Positions 61,651 through 64,000 of a stretch of DNA of 64,000 bases are shown piece after piece; positions within the stretch are counted from its first letter, which is position 1; each line of letters begins with the position of its first letter. Both the position numbers and the translations under genes were made by a program. Origin of the DNA: the human T2T-CHM13v2.0 reference genome, Homo sapiens; the NCBI RefSeq assembly GCF_009914755.1, contig NC_060947.1; one strand, 5' to 3'. The notes below the pieces were generated by a model. That model worked only from the letters and a program-made list of their open reading frames with translations, was not told the DNA's origin and did no database searches.

Positions 61651-64000
61651 GGTGGACTTTGTATAGCACACTTTGTGTTTCAAAAAAGCACAGGATTGAA
61701 AGGTTTCACACCAGAATGTGTGTCTCTACACATCTGACATACAAGGAAAGAGGTTCATTCTCATCATACTTATGAAAATACAAATTTCAAATACTTTCAT
61801 CAAATTTGTGTGATAGTTGTTTTCTTTGCAGTTGGTCCTTCTGTAACAGTAGCAGATGATTCAGACAGTTTGCTAAATTTGGTCTTCAAGTTTGTCTAAA
61901 GCTACATGACTAACTTCATCAAAATCATCCCCTAATAAGATTTCCCTCACAGTCTGCACCTTTACATTTTAAAAATTCAATTTTTATCCATTGATCCATA
62001 CTGACCTCAACAACAAAACAAAAAAAGAGCATAGAACCGATTCCAATTTGCAATTATGTATGTTATAAATACTTTGTATATTTAAATACTACTATTTTCT
62101 GGTAGAGTGTTGCTGTATCTATGAAAAGAATGCAGCAATACATTCTTGGGCATGCCTGAACACTGCACCAGTAATTCACTTGGTCTGGGTGAGGTGTTTT
62201 TACCTGCATAGTCTTAACTTCAGTAGTATCTAAGAAATGACAAGTGTGATATACCAGGCTTTTTTTCCTAATCAGCGTTAAAATAAGTAACAAATATATT
62301 CAAATTGTGTTAGTCTGTCTATTTCTACGGGTACATATACCACCAGTAGCACGCACATAATACTTCAGAAAACACTGATCAAATCATAGCCTATTTAAAA
62401 AAAAAAAAAAAGCTACATGTGCTATGCTCACATATTATTTGCCAAAGAAACAGGACATTTCCATCTCATCTGCAAAAAGATAAAGTATGGATTCATCACA
62501 AAATATTCAAAACTAAAGAAGGGTTCCTAATAAATCTGAAGACTCATCCATCTTGACTTTCTAAGATAAAAAATTAAGTGTCTTTGGTGGGCATCTCATA
62601 GAATCCAAGCTATAAAGACAAATGCTTTCGGGAAGACTCATACTCACTTGCACTTTGCAACATCTTCCACTGGGAGATGCACTCATCCTGTGATTTGACA
62701 GGATACTTTGCATTCAAAGCGTAACCACCTCTAATTTAAATAGTATGCTACATTTTTTCATAAAGTATGCCATCTCCTAGAAGCCTACTGACACACTCTC
62801 TTATGGAAAAAAAAAAAGAGACTGAGTCATCAATTTTTAAACAAAACGTTTCCCTTTTTAAATATAGAGATTATCATATATTTACTCTAGTTCTCAGGTG
62901 AAAAGTGTTCAACCATCTTTTAAAATGTAGGTATCCATGAATGAATATGAAAATAGAAAATACCTGAAAAGCAACATAATGTTCTATCTTGTAGATTTTA
63001 CTGCCACTGAGTTTTCACACATAACTGGAGGTAAGTTTCAATTAAAAATAAAACAAATGAACAAAAATCTGTCTTCAAGCAAAATATTTTGAAATCAGTC
63101 TAAGACATAAAATAATTTAAGAATATAAGGATGAATGTAAAGATTCAATATGAGAATATATGTAAAGTACGTATTGCAAGGCTCATTTGTGCCACAAACA
63201 TTTAATAAATTGCAGGTAAGGTCCTTCAAGGTCAGATGATTCTCCTTGGAAATAATCCATGAATCCTCAGACCACAATTAAATTCTAATTTTCAGGGCTC
63301 CTGTTTCCTCATTTGTTCCCCTATTTTAGCACCCAGCACATTCAGTCTTGTCTAATAATTCTATGTATTGATGTATCTATTTTACTAGTTTGTAAGTACC
63401 CCTGAAGGCACCCACAAAGCTCTTAAAATAAAACATAATTGAACATTTGAAAACATAGAAGAGAAAACTATTTAATAAACACAAGTAATATCACCACTTT
63501 GTATGGTACTCTACTAATTACAAAGCACTTTCATGTCCTTGATTTCATTAATTTATGATCTTTTATATCGCTGCCTCACCAAGACAGAAATTGAGACGCA
63601 GGGAAGCCAAAAGCAATGCTGGGGTTGGAAACTAAGTGTATGAAGGCAAATAGATGGAGAAGGAGAGAAGAGTGAGAACTCACAGTTAAGGTGGTGGGAC
63701 ATGAAGATAGAGAAAGAGAGACAAATACATAGGTACACAGAAACCCCATGGGAAGAACAGCTAAACTTCATTGGATTTTGAGACATTTCCCTAAAAGATA
63801 TTTGAATTTTTTCAACTACAGATACAACGATATCATCTCTGAAGAATTGGCTTGCCAGTGATACATGGTGGCTCAGAGAGATCTTTAATTGGTTGCAACT
63901 GTCTGGGTCTACTCAGGAGAGAGAAACCGCATAGTAATTTGAACAGGGAGAGTTGTACATAAGAAATTATTAACTATGACAGAGGGTTGGAATAACAGGA

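Noticed and set aside
62648-62690. Donor CAA|GTGAGT with an upstream ATG (MSASPSGRCCKVQ)
   Set aside because: Phase 0, incompatible with the phase-2 KLHL13 frame; weak acceptor; no promoter evidence
63900-64000. Possible LTR start at the window edge
   Set aside because: Too short and truncated to assign

Overview
Human (primate) intronic DNA, AT-rich and dense in repeats. The window covers the 5' part of KLHL13 (X-linked BTB-Kelch CUL3 adaptor) on the minus strand, recognised from its N-terminal peptides. It holds the shared coding exon (11147-11006, ...[47 protein letters not shown]) and three alternative N-termini that splice onto it in phase 2: MPLKWKTSSP... (38399-38302), MLRFISHLYCC... 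(38960-38881) and MMRVQTLREKWAYW|RRRQLSL... (50846-50806 + 49111-49046). The long ORFs in the supplied track are LINE-1 ORF1/ORF2 remnants; the rest are Alu-derived or chance ORFs. There are no prokaryotic features, CRISPR arrays or structural RNA genes, and I see no new multi-gene system. The most unusual items are: a TSD-flanked ~270-bp retro-insertion carrying an LILR-type signal-peptide exon plus intron; an L1PA7-like element with a spliced-out 5'UTR and a probable 3' transduction; a human-specific pre-Ta L1 with a 5' inversion next to an older inverted L1, sharing a rare variant; a candidate 6-nt microexon with a YCAY cluster; an >=85-codon ORF overlapping KLHL13 across three exons; and a candidate poison exon. 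Repeat subfamily names and consensus comparisons are from memory and need RepeatMasker confirmation.
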